Positions 25,370 to 60,859 are shown, counted from the stretch's first letter. The stretch is 64,000 nucleotides of DNA from Amoebidium appalachense (GCA_963693365.1 CAVNZM010000006.1:5559264-5623263); one strand, 5' to 3'. Notes: generated from the letters alone by a model not told the origin. Made by a program: numbers and translations.

Positions 25370-26851
25370 GTGTTTATGTTTCTCCCATCGGCGACTTTGG
25401 TGCGTGGCGCGCGGCTGTGGTCCAATCTATGCCCCCCGACCCTCAGGGCAAATGTGGATGTTTTGATCAGCAACACCCTTGCCGCCACCACCTGGGAGCG
25501 TTACCAGATGGAAATTCGGTTTTACCTTCAGTTTTGTCAAGAGTCCGCCTTCGCCGCTAGGCCCCTCACCGGCACGGTTGCCACTGCGTATGTGGCCAAG
25601 TTGATGGAGCGAAATTACACGCCGGGAACGGTGTGTAAACAACTGTACACCTGAACTGTACATGTTTACTAAAGAATGTGATCTACTACCACACGATTCG
25701 TGCTTTGTCATGAATATCACATAAATATTATGTCCGCACCAATAGGACTCACTCTGACCTAGGAATTGAACCATATATGGTTCTTCAGCTGCATACCACA
25801 TAAACGAAGTGAACCAATAAGATGTTTGCATAAATAGGACAAAGGTCTGACTGGCTCGGACCGCACCAGAATCACGAATGGCATGTTGCCACCCGCGCTG
25901 GCCGCGGATGAACCAATCCTGGGCCTTGATCCGAAACCTGGGGGCTATAAAAGAAAGCCGTCCCAGTACGGGGATCACATCAGTGAAGTCTGAGACAGAC
26001 TGAGTCGGCCCATAGTAAAAGCAACCTGGCCGCGTGTGCCTTTCTACCCGTTCTCTGTCTTTATTTTGATTCAGTTGTACTCTGCCTTATCCTAACTAGT
26101 CCAACTGTTTACACGGTGGTCGGCAAGCTCTCTTCCCTGCGCAAGATACACGAACTTTGGGGGCTCCCATACCCTCCCCTATCAGTCATGTCCGCCCTCA
26201 CCCAGGGGTACACCCGCACCCATATGCAGCGTAACCCCGACAAGCTGGCCGACCCGCGGCGGTTCGATGCCGAATGGGTGTCCCTCATCCTCACCCACCA
26301 GCCGCAGACCACCGCCGACACACAGCGGCACCTGGGAGTGCTCCTGTTGGCCTACCTCTGGGGCCTGCGGCGGACCACGGTCACCGAACTGCTCGCAGAA
26401 GACGTGGTTTTTGAAGGCCCGCACCCACAAGGCCACCGCATCACTCTACGGCTGCGGAAAATCAAGCAAGGCGCGGGCAAGTTGCGTGACCCTGTCGTGC
26501 GCACGCGAGTGGTGCCCACCATCTGTGTCCCGGCCCTACAGGCAGCAGTGGCTGCCACCCCCCGTCCCCCCGGCGCCCCCCACCGGTAACGTCAACCACC
26601 AGACCGAGTGGATGCAGCGCGAGTTGTGCGCTATCGGCGTGGAGCCCCTGTTAGCCAACGCCGTCACCTTCCACTGCCTCCGTCATGGCATGGTCGGCGC
26701 GGCCAAGGCTGCGGGGGTCCCTGACCAGCAAATAGATTGGCTCGGCGCCTGGCTTGGCGCGAAGCCGGCCACCTACGGCACCGGCCACCAACATACAGCC
26801 GACGACGTGCTGTATTTTGAAGCCCCGCGGGGCCTTCTAATAACCTTGTAA
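25370..26851 (+). pseudogene. Tyrosine recombinase (lambda-integrase family), interrupted by a solo LTR and one frameshift
   Basis: N-terminal LAATTWERY..FC and AYVAKL..YTPGTV/VGKLSSLR (rejoined after removing 25634-26113). Catalytic motifs WGLR, FHCLRHG, LGAW, TY. Frameshift in C-runs near 26560-26589. Confidence 0.88.
25634..26113. mobile_element. Solo LTR (480 bp)
   Basis: Begins tgtaaaca and ends tgtttaca (TG...CA, 8-bp inverted termini). 5-bp TSD cggtg at 25629-25633 and 26114-26118. Internal tataaaag. Removing it with one TSD copy restores the YR frame. Confidence 0.88.
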
Positions 26852-26896
26852 TGGCGCAATACTTGTCTGATCATGAAGGCAGCAGTGGACGCAAGT

Positions 26897-27079
26897 AGCA
26901 ACCATACATCTAAATACTTAGCTTGATTCATCAAGCACTATTTAAAGTGTATTCTAGGGCAATCATTGGTTGAAATGGTGTTTCTAACAATGATAGCCCA
27001 TTGGGTGAGCTCCGTTGGTAAATAAGGAGCGAACTCCTACTAGTCGTTAGCTCATTTCCCAACGTCGCACCAACTTCAC
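26897..27079 (+). repeat. B1-A2 junction repeats
   Basis: B1 agcaaccatacatctaaat runs directly into A2 atacttagc..., sharing an AT dinucleotide. Confidence 0.9.
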
Positions 27080-27466
27080 CCACCCACCCGCCCGAGCTCT
27101 AGGGTTGCATCCCAACATTGCATTGCATGCACAGCTTCCGAGCTTAATGCGCACGTCCCCACAACACAACACACACACATGCACACACACACACACACAC
27201 ACATCACATGCACACACAACACCCTTACACGTGTTCACTCACACACCTGCACACACACATACACACACAAAACACACATATACACGCATGTACACGCACA
27301 CACGCATGCCCCCCTGCGCACGGGTGGTGGGGGAGGGAGTGAGGTTTTGGTAAGGATATGAGAACGAGGTTGTGGTAAGCGTGTAAATTTAAAGTGATGC
27401 GTGTAGCTGTATGTAAGTGTTGTCGACAGGGATCACAGCCTGAACCGAGCTCATAAAGCAATCGAA

Positions 27467-27485
27467 AGCAACCATACATCTAAAT
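27467..27485 (+). repeat. Terminal repeat B2 (19 bp)
   Basis: Exact copy of agcaaccatacatctaaat at 26897-26915. Confidence 0.85.
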
Positions 27486-27921
27486 TGGCCTCAGAGGTTT
27501 CAGAAGGGGAGGCGTGCAAAGGAGCCATATTTCACACGCTGCTAAAACTTCAAGACTCTAACCTTATAAGTCTAATAATACTATAACACACTAAGAAGCA
27601 TGCACAAAAAGTTTGAAAATAACATAATAAACTCGAAAAGGTTATTAAAAGCGATTTTTTAGTCCATTGTTGATTATTCTGTAGTACATATACCAACGTA
27701 ACAATCCAAGGCAGTAATTCCCAAACACAGAAATGTACGCCTTTTTTAGACCCCTAGGGGTATATAGTCCGACCTTGTAGTGGGGACACATCGATTCAGT
27801 CGCACACATCGATTCAAATGTCGCTCTTTATTATCTGCTAATAAATAGTATCCTTCGCGCATCCACCCCTAAACCAGGCCATCCGTGGCCCTAAGGGCCG
27901 GGGAACACCCCCATCCATGTC

Positions 27922-29106
27922 ATGGCACATGCCTATAATCGTTTCAGAACCTCTTTCAAAGTTCCATCTACACCCATCACACATGTGCGACCATTAAAAC
28001 GTCCAGCAGATACACCTACCACAGATGCACAACCAGAAAAACATCGCCTTAGACTAAGCGCAACACCTATTTACAATACACTACCCATTCAGAATAACAC
28101 CACACCACTCCGTAGAAACACAATAACAACCATGCCGAAACTTTCGGTTGATACAGTACTGGCAGAACTTGCCCTCGTTAAGAAACAGCTAAATGAGCTG
28201 TTGCCACTCAAGAACATGATAGAAAAACTCCAAACAGAAAATACCCAACTCAAGCTCACCATTGATTCACTCACAGCCCAGCTAAACATTAGTGGATCGC
28301 AAAACCCCAAAACTCATGAGCAAACATCTCGCGACGGAGACATTTCCACCCCAACACAAAACAACACAGGACCGGAAGCACAGCTCCCGGCAGAGTTCCT
28401 AGAATATGCGAACTCTCGTAAAACACCCGAGCTCCGCCAAATTGCCAAGGAAACATATGCCAGCATTCTTGCAGGCAACGAGTACCGCCGCAACTCCCCT
28501 CCCAAACCGCCGGCTAAGGGGAACACCCAAGCAAACGGTAACATCAACATCCCACCCAAATACGAGAGGGTGTATTTCAAAGTCAAGCACGGCAGACGCC
28601 CACACAGGGCCATGTGGTCCATCTTCAAGGCTCTCGGCTTCCGGTGCTCTCGCATCCTTTGTCTGTCCTTCATTGGATACGATGTGCTGGAAGTAGCAGT
28701 ACGGGGCGACTATAACCGTGCGTTCATCCGTGACGCGACAAAGGGGTGTGGAAGCTTCTTCACCCACCTCCCAAGCTACGACCCATGCGCGCCGGAAAAC
28801 ATTCAGAAAGCAGACAAAGAACGTAAAGTGTCTGCTAAGAATGCGTGCGCCACACGTTGTCGTGTACGCATCAGCAAGGCAAAAGAGTTCCTCGCAAAGT
28901 TGGAAAACGATGCTACGAGCGTGATAGACACGGACACGAAGGAACCAATGTTTTCTGGTGAGAAACTGCTCGAGCGCAAACGCCGATGCGAGATGGAAAT
29001 CGAGCTCTTCTGCGAACTGTTCGCGCTGGCGGAAGGTCGTGCATACGACCCCGTAAGCGACAAGTGGGAACCAACCCCACAGGTGTCGGACCAAACCGAT
29101 GCCTAA
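27922..29106 (+). CDS. LINE ORF1 (coiled-coil, nucleic-acid-binding gag-like protein)
   Basis: 394 aa; heptad region LAELALVKKQLNEL...LQTENTQLKLTIDSL; overlaps the ORF2 ATG by 8 nt (atgcctaa). Confidence 0.85.
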   Translation: MAHAYNRFRTSFKVPSTPITHVRPLKRPADTPTTDAQPEKHRLRLSATPIYNTLPIQNNTTPLRRNTITTMPKLSVDTVLAELALVKKQLNELLPLKNMIEKLQTENTQLKLTIDSLTAQLNISGSQNPKTHEQTSRDGDISTPTQNNTGPEAQLPAEFLEYANSRKTPELRQIAKETYASILAGNEYRRNSPPKPPAKGNTQANGNINIPPKYERVYFKVKHGRRPHRAMWSIFKALGFRCSRILCLSFIGYDVLEVAVRGDYNRAFIRDATKGCGSFFTHLPSYDPCAPENIQKADKERKVSAKNACATRCRVRISKAKEFLAKLENDATSVIDTDTKEPMFSGEKLLERKRRCEMEIELFCELFALAEGRAYDPVSDKWEPTPQVSDQTDA

Positions 29107-32100
29107 TTTATCCTTCTTCTTCTGGAATGCTCGGACACTGGGCCCCCAAAAGGGCCTCCCCCCCGGGACACTCGACGATAAAATCAGCTACATACAACAA
29201 CAGACAAACAACCACACGTTTACAGTGATTTGCGAAACACAGTTTAAAAACCACCACAAATTCAACTCTACATTGGTCGACACATCCACACACCCCGGTT
29301 ACGCGAAAAACCGAGGCATTATTGTACTTGCCGCACCACACGTGAGAGTGAAGTGCAAACCGGTAGCAAAAACGGAATTCTCGGTTTCTATAGAGTTTCT
29401 TTCTAATGTTTTTACTTTTGTATATTACCCACCATCTATGTCGGTTGTCGAATTGACTCACGAGTTGTCACAGTTACCAATGTCCACTGTTATTTTAGGT
29501 GATTTTAACACGCGACTCCACCACACAGACACACTGCAAGTGAGTGTCGGGTACCCATCTAAGCCCCCGGAGCGTGCTATCCCTTTAGCAAGGTATGTCC
29601 AAAGTCACACTTTGCGGTTCCCTCAAATATCCCATGCCCACAACACCGACTGGGGAGTGGCCTTTTGGCCATCAACCATGTCAAAACTCTCTCTCCCTCC
29701 TAACCTCTCTAGGTCATCTGACCACTCTCCTATCCTTTTCCTACCTAAGATCTCCCTTGATCTGCTCCCCCCTCCCCCTCCCACCTTTCGCCTCCGTCTA
29801 TCCCAGCTTAAGTCACAGTGGGGTAGAGTTGATGTATGTGTATGCTATGCTACGAAACACCCTATATATATGCGCCTATTAGAATCTGCACAAGCCAGGC
29901 CAGATTCACATCTCGTACTAGATACATGCACTAACTTTATTGTTGATGATTTGATAGATCTCGGTGATTATGCTGGCGGTGGTAGGAAGGAATATCCCGA
30001 TGCTCTCTTGTTACCAAACACCACTCCCGCTAGACTAGGTGAACCCCTGTCTCAAAAGGAAAGCTTGCGCCGGCTTGCTAGTATGAATCGATTTGGCCCC
30101 CCTGCTCGTATTATTGGTGATACCACTGGAGACCCCCTCATAGACTCTGATAAGTATTTCTCGGAACTGTTTAAAGATAGGACCCCCGCTCAGAAACCTA
30201 TTGTGTGGCCTGTAGACCCATCTATCCCCATAGAATCGATCCTCCCCTTTTTCAGTCCCGATGCCATATGGTCTGTGATATCTAGTTATAGCTCTAGTAA
30301 GTCTTGTGGACCTGATGGACTCCCTGCTGGGTTTCTTAAAATCCTTGTTCCCTCTTACCCACAAAAGGAAAGTGATCGTGCTATTAAACCTGATCTTACT
30401 ATCATGTTAAGCTCTCTCTTTTCTTGGTGTGTTAAATGTGGACATGTCCCGTCATCTTGGTTAGATACCTTAGTGATCCCCATAGTTAAGAAGGACTCTG
30501 AGGGCCCCATATCATCCTTTCGCCCCATTACACTAACCCAGGTTGTTCGTAGATTCTTTGAAGCTTGCTTACTTAGGTTATTTGCACATCACCCTAGGTT
30601 TCAATCTATTCTTCACATACACCCATGCCAATCCGCTTTTCGTAAAAACAATTCATGTTATGTTCAAATAATGGCACTGCACGATTCTATGCAAGTTGGT
30701 GCACAATATGTTGGCTTTATTGATTGGAAAACTGCTTACGATTCTGTCTCCCCTGGTCTCCTATGGGAAAAGCTTGCTGCACGGGGTGTACCACACTGCA
30801 TTGGTGTTCTGTTAGAAGCACTCTTGTCTCAAACCTATGGTAGAGCTGTGGTTAATGGGCATCTTTCATATGGTTTTGCTCGTACTAGAGGTCTCTTGCA
30901 GGGTTCATTGCTTAGCCCCTTTTTGTTTAACCTATTTATAGATGATTTGGCTGTCAAGATTTACGCCGAAAACGATGACCCTATTAATAACTTTCCGCCT
31001 GCACTTCTCTATGCTGATGATCTGTCCCTCCTTGCCCGTACCCCTAGACGCCTGCAAAGATTGTTCGATGTAGTGTCAGAGTGGTGCAAGGCAAACCTTA
31101 TGATCCTTAACATAGACAAATGTGGTGTTCTTGTACCTGATATAGCTAACAATTTACACACATTTACATTATCATCTAAACCTGTACCTATAGTTCCAGA
31201 ATACAAATATCTTGGTGTTCCGGTTGATTCTGTTGGTGTTATGTTTCCCCATATGGTCGAAAAGAGGGTAGAGTTGGCTCGTAAGCGGTTAGCTTTCTTC
31301 TCGGCTAATATTTTTAAAGACACACCCCTCCATCCTTCTATTAGACTTACATTTATTCGCACTTTTGTCTTCCCGGCATGTGAATATGGTTTACCCCTTC
31401 TCGCCGCTTGGATCAAGAAAGAGAGAACTAGAGCGCTTAAACCCTTGGCAAATTTCCTTGAAGCAGAAGTTGCCTCCTTTCTATCTAACAACTGTTGTAA
31501 ACCTGGGCCTGTAACGCTCTCGATATATGGTCTGGTCCCAATAGCTGCTAGAGTATCCTATCTCGCGCTGAAATTCAATAAGCACATAAGCCGCTTAAAG
31601 AAGTATTTGCCCTCCCACCCTCTCTTCTCTATCCGACCTGTCCCCTCCTCACCTCTCCCCTCTTTCCTCCCCTCTCTCTCCCCTTCTCCCCTGGGCACAA
31701 ATACAAATAAACCCCGCAATAGTGTGTGTGTGACTTTGGACTGCCACTTACTTATTAAACATGTACACAATCACAAGATAATCACGCAATATAACAAATG
31801 GAAAAAGATACCACACGACACTAGACCCGATGAAAGCATACACCTTGAAAAACTAAGCCTTATGTCTCGTTTTATATATACTGACCGCCTCAACCATATT
31901 GCCAAATATGGCACTCGCAAGTGTATAACACCTAAATACATATTACCTTCCTGTAGAACTGGTCTTTCTCTAGCTGATGGTATTGTTGATCAATTACCAC
32001 GCTTTTACTGTACACGTGCTATACAGTGGAGATCTAATAAGTATAAGGTGGCATCATTTGCATGCCCAAACAACACACACACACACCAGTTTAACCGGTC

Positions 32101-32293
32101 ATGTATCGCCAAATGTAGTTTGATAGACCACATAATACCGCAACACACACACGTCACATTCACAACAGACACCCAGAAAGATAGCCTACCTGTAAATTAC
32201 AACATCCTTGATTTTATACTAAACACGCGTAACTACGACCTGTTTATTAGATGTATTGATTGGCTTGAGAAACACATCACTACAAAATTATAG
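29099..32293 (+). CDS. LINE ORF2: APE endonuclease + reverse transcriptase
   Basis: 1064 aa. APE motifs FWNAR, ICET, VYYPP, ILGDFN, SDHSP. RT motifs GPDG, FRPI, QGSLLSP, YADD, YKYLG. Cys/His-rich C-terminus (CPNNTHTHQFNRSCIAKC). Confidence 0.96.
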   Translation: MPNLSFFFWNARTLGPQKGLPPGTLDDKISYIQQQTNNHTFTVICETQFKNHHKFNSTLVDTSTHPGYAKNRGIIVLAAPHVRVKCKPVAKTEFSVSIEFLSNVFTFVYYPPSMSVVELTHELSQLPMSTVILGDFNTRLHHTDTLQVSVGYPSKPPERAIPLARYVQSHTLRFPQISHAHNTDWGVAFWPSTMSKLSLPPNLSRSSDHSPILFLPKISLDLLPPPPPTFRLRLSQLKSQWGRVDVCVCYATKHPIYMRLLESAQARPDSHLVLDTCTNFIVDDLIDLGDYAGGGRKEYPDALLLPNTTPARLGEPLSQKESLRRLASMNRFGPPARIIGDTTGDPLIDSDKYFSELFKDRTPAQKPIVWPVDPSIPIESILPFFSPDAIWSVISSYSSSKSCGPDGLPAGFLKILVPSYPQKESDRAIKPDLTIMLSSLFSWCVKCGHVPSSWLDTLVIPIVKKDSEGPISSFRPITLTQVVRRFFEACLLRLFAHHPRFQSILHIHPCQSAFRKNNSCYVQIMALHDSMQVGAQYVGFIDWKTAYDSVSPGLLWEKLAARGVPHCIGVLLEALLSQTYGRAVVNGHLSYGFARTRGLLQGSLLSPFLFNLFIDDLAVKIYAENDDPINNFPPALLYADDLSLLARTPRRLQRLFDVVSEWCKANLMILNIDKCGVLVPDIANNLHTFTLSSKPVPIVPEYKYLGVPVDSVGVMFPHMVEKRVELARKRLAFFSANIFKDTPLHPSIRLTFIRTFVFPACEYGLPLLAAWIKKERTRALKPLANFLEAEVASFLSNNCCKPGPVTLSIYGLVPIAARVSYLALKFNKHISRLKKYLPSHPLFSIRPVPSSPLPSFLPSLSPSPLGTNTNKPRNSVCVTLDCHLLIKHVHNHKIITQYNKWKKIPHDTRPDESIHLEKLSLMSRFIYTDRLNHIAKYGTRKCITPKYILPSCRTGLSLADGIVDQLPRFYCTRAIQWRSNKYKVASFACPNNTHTHQFNRSCIAKCSLIDHIIPQHTHVTFTTDTQKDSLPVNYNILDFILNTRNYDLFIRCIDWLEKHITTKL

Positions 32294-32314
32294 CGCACGC
32301 GCACACACACACAC

Positions 32315-32371
<57 letters not shown>

Positions 32372-32411
32372 CCAGCTGATACCGAGTGTCCCGAGGGGAG
32401 CCCCTTTAAAA

Positions 32412-32453
<42 letters not shown>

Positions 32454-33515
32454 GGGGAACCCCAACTAATTGATTTCTCCTTGTAGTCTTTATGGTGTCT
32501 CGTAGAGAAAGTAAACCCTGATATATAGTCACCACCCGACATCTATGTACGTGATCATGATATACCGCTGAGGGGATATTCCGAGCAAACCCCCCCCCCC
32601 CATACCTGAGACTGGTTCTCTTTGCCTCGAGTAAACAGCGTAAACCCCCAAGGTTTTATGTCAGCCAATCGCATTGCGGTGCAATCTGGGCGCACCGCTT
32701 GATTCCCGGACGGAAAACTTTCAAAACATTGTTTTTGTCCCGCGGGCTCGGGCTGTCATGAGCGAGTCTGCCATAACTCTTTCATAGCGTTAGAACTTAA
32801 TACCCCTTAAAAATAGATAGGACACAGAAAGAGAAAAGGAGAGTTAGTGACTGTTGTGGCAGCTTCTCTTGCTATTATACGTAAGTTTTTCGCCGGTCAT
32901 CGGTTTCTAGGTGTCAAGCCTCTTATGAGCTCATCATGCAGCAGCATCCATCATCATCAGTGAATTGAGCATAATTGAAATCGACCTTGCGTTGTTGCAT
33001 TTGCTGCTCTTTGCCCCCAGTTTACACAAGCAATGCCGACGTATAATTTTAACTAAGTTTGCCATTTTTTTTTTTGGAGGAACATGAGCCTTGCAACGCA
33101 AGAATACCAATCGACCAAAACACCGATGACGTTCCCTCACAACCGCGAGCTTGTTTAACTCGGCCCTCTGCTTTCCTTTCTACAATCAGCCCTGAGTGAA
33201 TTCCGGTCGGTGTTACTCCGCTTCCCAGTACGTGTAATTGTGAGATGCGAGGAAGGGAGAGAAGAGAAACTAATAACATATTGTTTATTACGCCGGAAGC
33301 ACGCAGCATGGGCTCTTGATGGCTGGCTGCAAGTCTTCGCTTGGAATTTTCGCACCCCCGTAGCATTCTGAGCAGGGTACAGGAAGCTTTCGAGTCTGAA
33401 AAACGACACCAAAATCCCAGGTTTTTGGAGAAGCGAGCATTATTATCACAAGCCCGTATTGAAGGAAAGAGCCTTATAACGCACGTTTGGAGACATCGGC
33501 AGCGGTGGCACAATT

Positions 33516-37756
<4,241 letters not shown>

Positions 37757-37821
37757 AGAGCCATAGCGACTGCTTAGGTGCTCTGGGGACGCACGGTCTA
37801 TGCGAGTGTTGGAGAATGCCC

Positions 37822-37856
<35 letters not shown>

Positions 37857-38943
37857 GGTGCAACAAGCTTTATTACCTTTACTATGATGTACACACAGAC
37901 ATACATCAACACATACCAGAAAGCCATGCTTTGAAATATATCGACGTACTAAGTGTGATCAAAGACTGTTAGTTGAACTCCAAATCTGACCTGTTTATTT
38001 TGGTTCATTGTTGCTTTTCGTTTTTCCTCTTCCTAGTTTTCTTCCGAGTTGTTGGCTTTTAGTTTGGTTGACGAAAGTTTCTTTTTGTTTCAAATTTGAT
38101 TGTTGAATTGTTTTGTTCGTCTGTTAGGCCTGTGTAGCTTTGTTGTTTAGTGACTTGGGATATTTTTTTCAATCCTTTCTTTATGTTTTGTGCTTCTTGT
38201 CCTTTTCGTTTATACCAAAAAAAATGGTACTTATTGTTCTGACTGGCACATAAATGTGACCATGGTAGCATAGTTAAATAATAACCGCTGGAGTTGCCGG
38301 TAAGTTTATGAAAAATCGAATTATGCGGTATGTGGTATTGAGCTAGAGTCATGAATTGATGAAATTGAAGTTCACATGTACAGTGGCTAAAGAAAATGAA
38401 ATGTATTATAATATGTAGCCGCGAATACTGTAGGATGTTAAGGTATGACGATAATTTATATAGCCTGTTACCCATGTCGAATCGGGATTTTGGTTTTCTG
38501 TTGAGATCAAAATTCGAAAAGGATCGCGAAAATCGGAATGACTATCATAGAGGACATCTGATTAGCATGTTGATTTCAATAGAAGGAAGCACATGGAGGT
38601 CTTAAGCAATAAAAGAAACAATTACGCAATTACGATGTCTGCGTAAAGACCCCCCACGGATGGTGGGGAAGGCGGGGGTGGTAGGATCCCCCTCCCCCCC
38701 CTCCCCTCATCCCTCCCCCTCTTTCCCCCCTCCCCCTCCCCCTCCCCCCTTCCCCTCCCCCCCCCCCCCCCCCTCGCCCCCCAAAAAAAGAAAAGCATAA
38801 GATGCTTGGATGAACGTCGAGATATTCATCCGATGTGATACAACGAGATAGATATATGCATTGAATGCTAAGCCCGTATCCACACCACTGCTTGCTTTCG
38901 ACTATTGCAACCAATGCCATTATTACCATCCCGGGGATATTCC

Positions 38944-51385
<12,442 letters not shown>

Positions 51386-52532
51386 CTTTCGTGAGGGCCC
51401 AAACGACCAACGTCATAAACGAGGCCTGCGTGTGGATTTTCAGTAAAGATCCTGAAAAGAAATCCCATCAGCACCAGGAATTGCCACCTGCTTGATGGTT
51501 CTGTGTTCGTTTGGATTTTGCATGGGTCTGTAGATCTGTAACTTAAACGAGTGCAGAGCTTTTGTTTAACAACCAGACCACACCAGATAAAAATCCATAT
51601 AAAACTATAGATTGTCACGTTCAGATTTCTTGACTCTACTCCCGACGTCTTCCAATGGTCGATTATTTCTCTGAGTTGAAAGAATAAATATTAACGTGCA
51701 ATCATATTTCAAACGGAGCACCACTACTACACCCTCGCATACGCTTGCGCATGGATTGTGATGCGTAGTAGGGTGCAGCTCCCTTATTTACTTTCACATT
51801 CAATAAAGGTGTTGGTGGTGAACTCGCGTGTGGGAGAATATGGCCTGTCTGATTTGTTAAATTGTGACTGTTCCTTGGGGACAGTGACAGCTGAGAAAAA
51901 ACAACGGTGTGCACGATGCGAGGGTGAACGTTCAAAAAAACGCAAACAGGCGACAGCTTTTGATTGGTTTATAGTGCACCCACTGGAATGTCACCAAACA
52001 TTCCTGCTTGATGACGTCATTGTTGGGATTTTTTCTAATCACCGTAGGCTGTGATGCATGTGCGTATCAGCGTATGACCTTGCTTGCTTGTGCACATACT
52101 AGATTCTAAGAAAGGGTGGGGGTTTATTTTTTTTTCTCTTTTAAAAAAACGGCTCCTTGCGTATCTATAAATTCCAAGGTGTTCTGCACTGTTTTTTATG
52201 CCAAGGGCCAAAGACCACGGCCCTCTGCCGTGCAAAGACACATACATTTGTATGTTTTGGTTGCTCCGCGGTAACGCAATGTAGACCAGACCTTCCCTTC
52301 TGTGACCGGCGCGATCGATCCCTTGCGAGTCCACTCAGAGGCTTTCCCTTTTTTCTTGTTCCTTTTATTCTATTTTTTTTATCGTTCTTGCAAAAGGTGC
52401 TACTTGTAGAATTTTTGTAGCTTAAACAACATAAAGGAGCAGCACTATTAGTTTAGCGTTTCCATTTCTGAGTCCTCTCATTGCATAAATTGGGAAATTG
52501 GCCAATAATTCGGTTCCCAACACCTGGGCACC

Positions 52533-60255
<7,723 letters not shown>

Positions 60256-60800
60256 GTCGCCCCTTTTTTATTTCCCGTCATATTTCGTGGTATCATTCTG
60301 AATTTTCGGAATTTTGGGGCATGTCGAAGCCTGTCGATTTGCTGCGTTGAAATCAGTGCATTGCGGATATCTGGGGTGATATAGGACAAGGTGATACTTT
60401 GATTATATTGTAGTGTTGTGAGAGACGTGTCTGTTTTACAATATAGGCAGGAATTCAATAAGCAGGCGTTTCCTTTCTATACGATTTGTTGACATCAAAT
60501 CTTAGACATAAGATTTGGCAATGTTCATTTCACTTGGCCTTGGCGGGCACCTGGTCATAGACCTATTGTTTTCCTTTTTTTTCTTTTTTCTTTTTTCTTT
60601 CCCGTTCTTACCCTCCCCCCGTGTTTCTTTTTGGAAGGTAATATAGTTGACTCGCTCGTCACGGCAGAGGAGCAAGGGTGGTGGTGGTTGTTTCTCTTTT
60701 TTCCCCTATTTTTTCTATCCTTATTTATTATTGTTTTTCTTTTCTTTTCTTTTCTTTCCCCCCTTTTTTTTTCTTTTTTCTTTTTCTTTTTCTTTTTTTT

Positions 60801-60859
<59 letters not shown>

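Larger units (their letters stand above)
23957..27485 (+). mobile_element. Tyrosine-recombinase (DIRS-order, Ngaro/PAT-like split direct repeat) element lacking RT/RNase H
   Basis: Layout A1(23957-24122) - gag-like ORF - YR - B1(26897-26915) - A2(26914-27079) - spacer - B2(27467-27485). YR catalytic motifs are present. Confidence 0.85.
27750..32648 (+). mobile_element. Full-length APE-type LINE (ORF1+ORF2); 5' boundary approximate
   Basis: Two intact overlapping ORFs; 3' UTR with (CA)n, internal poly(A) and a conserved tail ending gcgtaaacccc, where identity with the second copy stops. Confidence 0.93.

Noticed and set aside
25634-26113. Reading the YR interruption as a spliceosomal intron
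   Set aside because: Inverted TG...CA termini and a 5-bp TSD identify an insertion; the boundaries are not GT-AG.
24550-26590. Programmed frameshifting in the YR element ORFs
   Set aside because: No slippery heptamers; the shifts are better explained by decay or sequencing error, and the copy is already disrupted by a solo LTR.
23957-27079. Reading the 166-bp direct repeats as ordinary LTRs
   Set aside because: No TG...CA ends, TSD, PBS or DDE integrase; the YR and the B1/B2 repeats fit a split-direct-repeat element.
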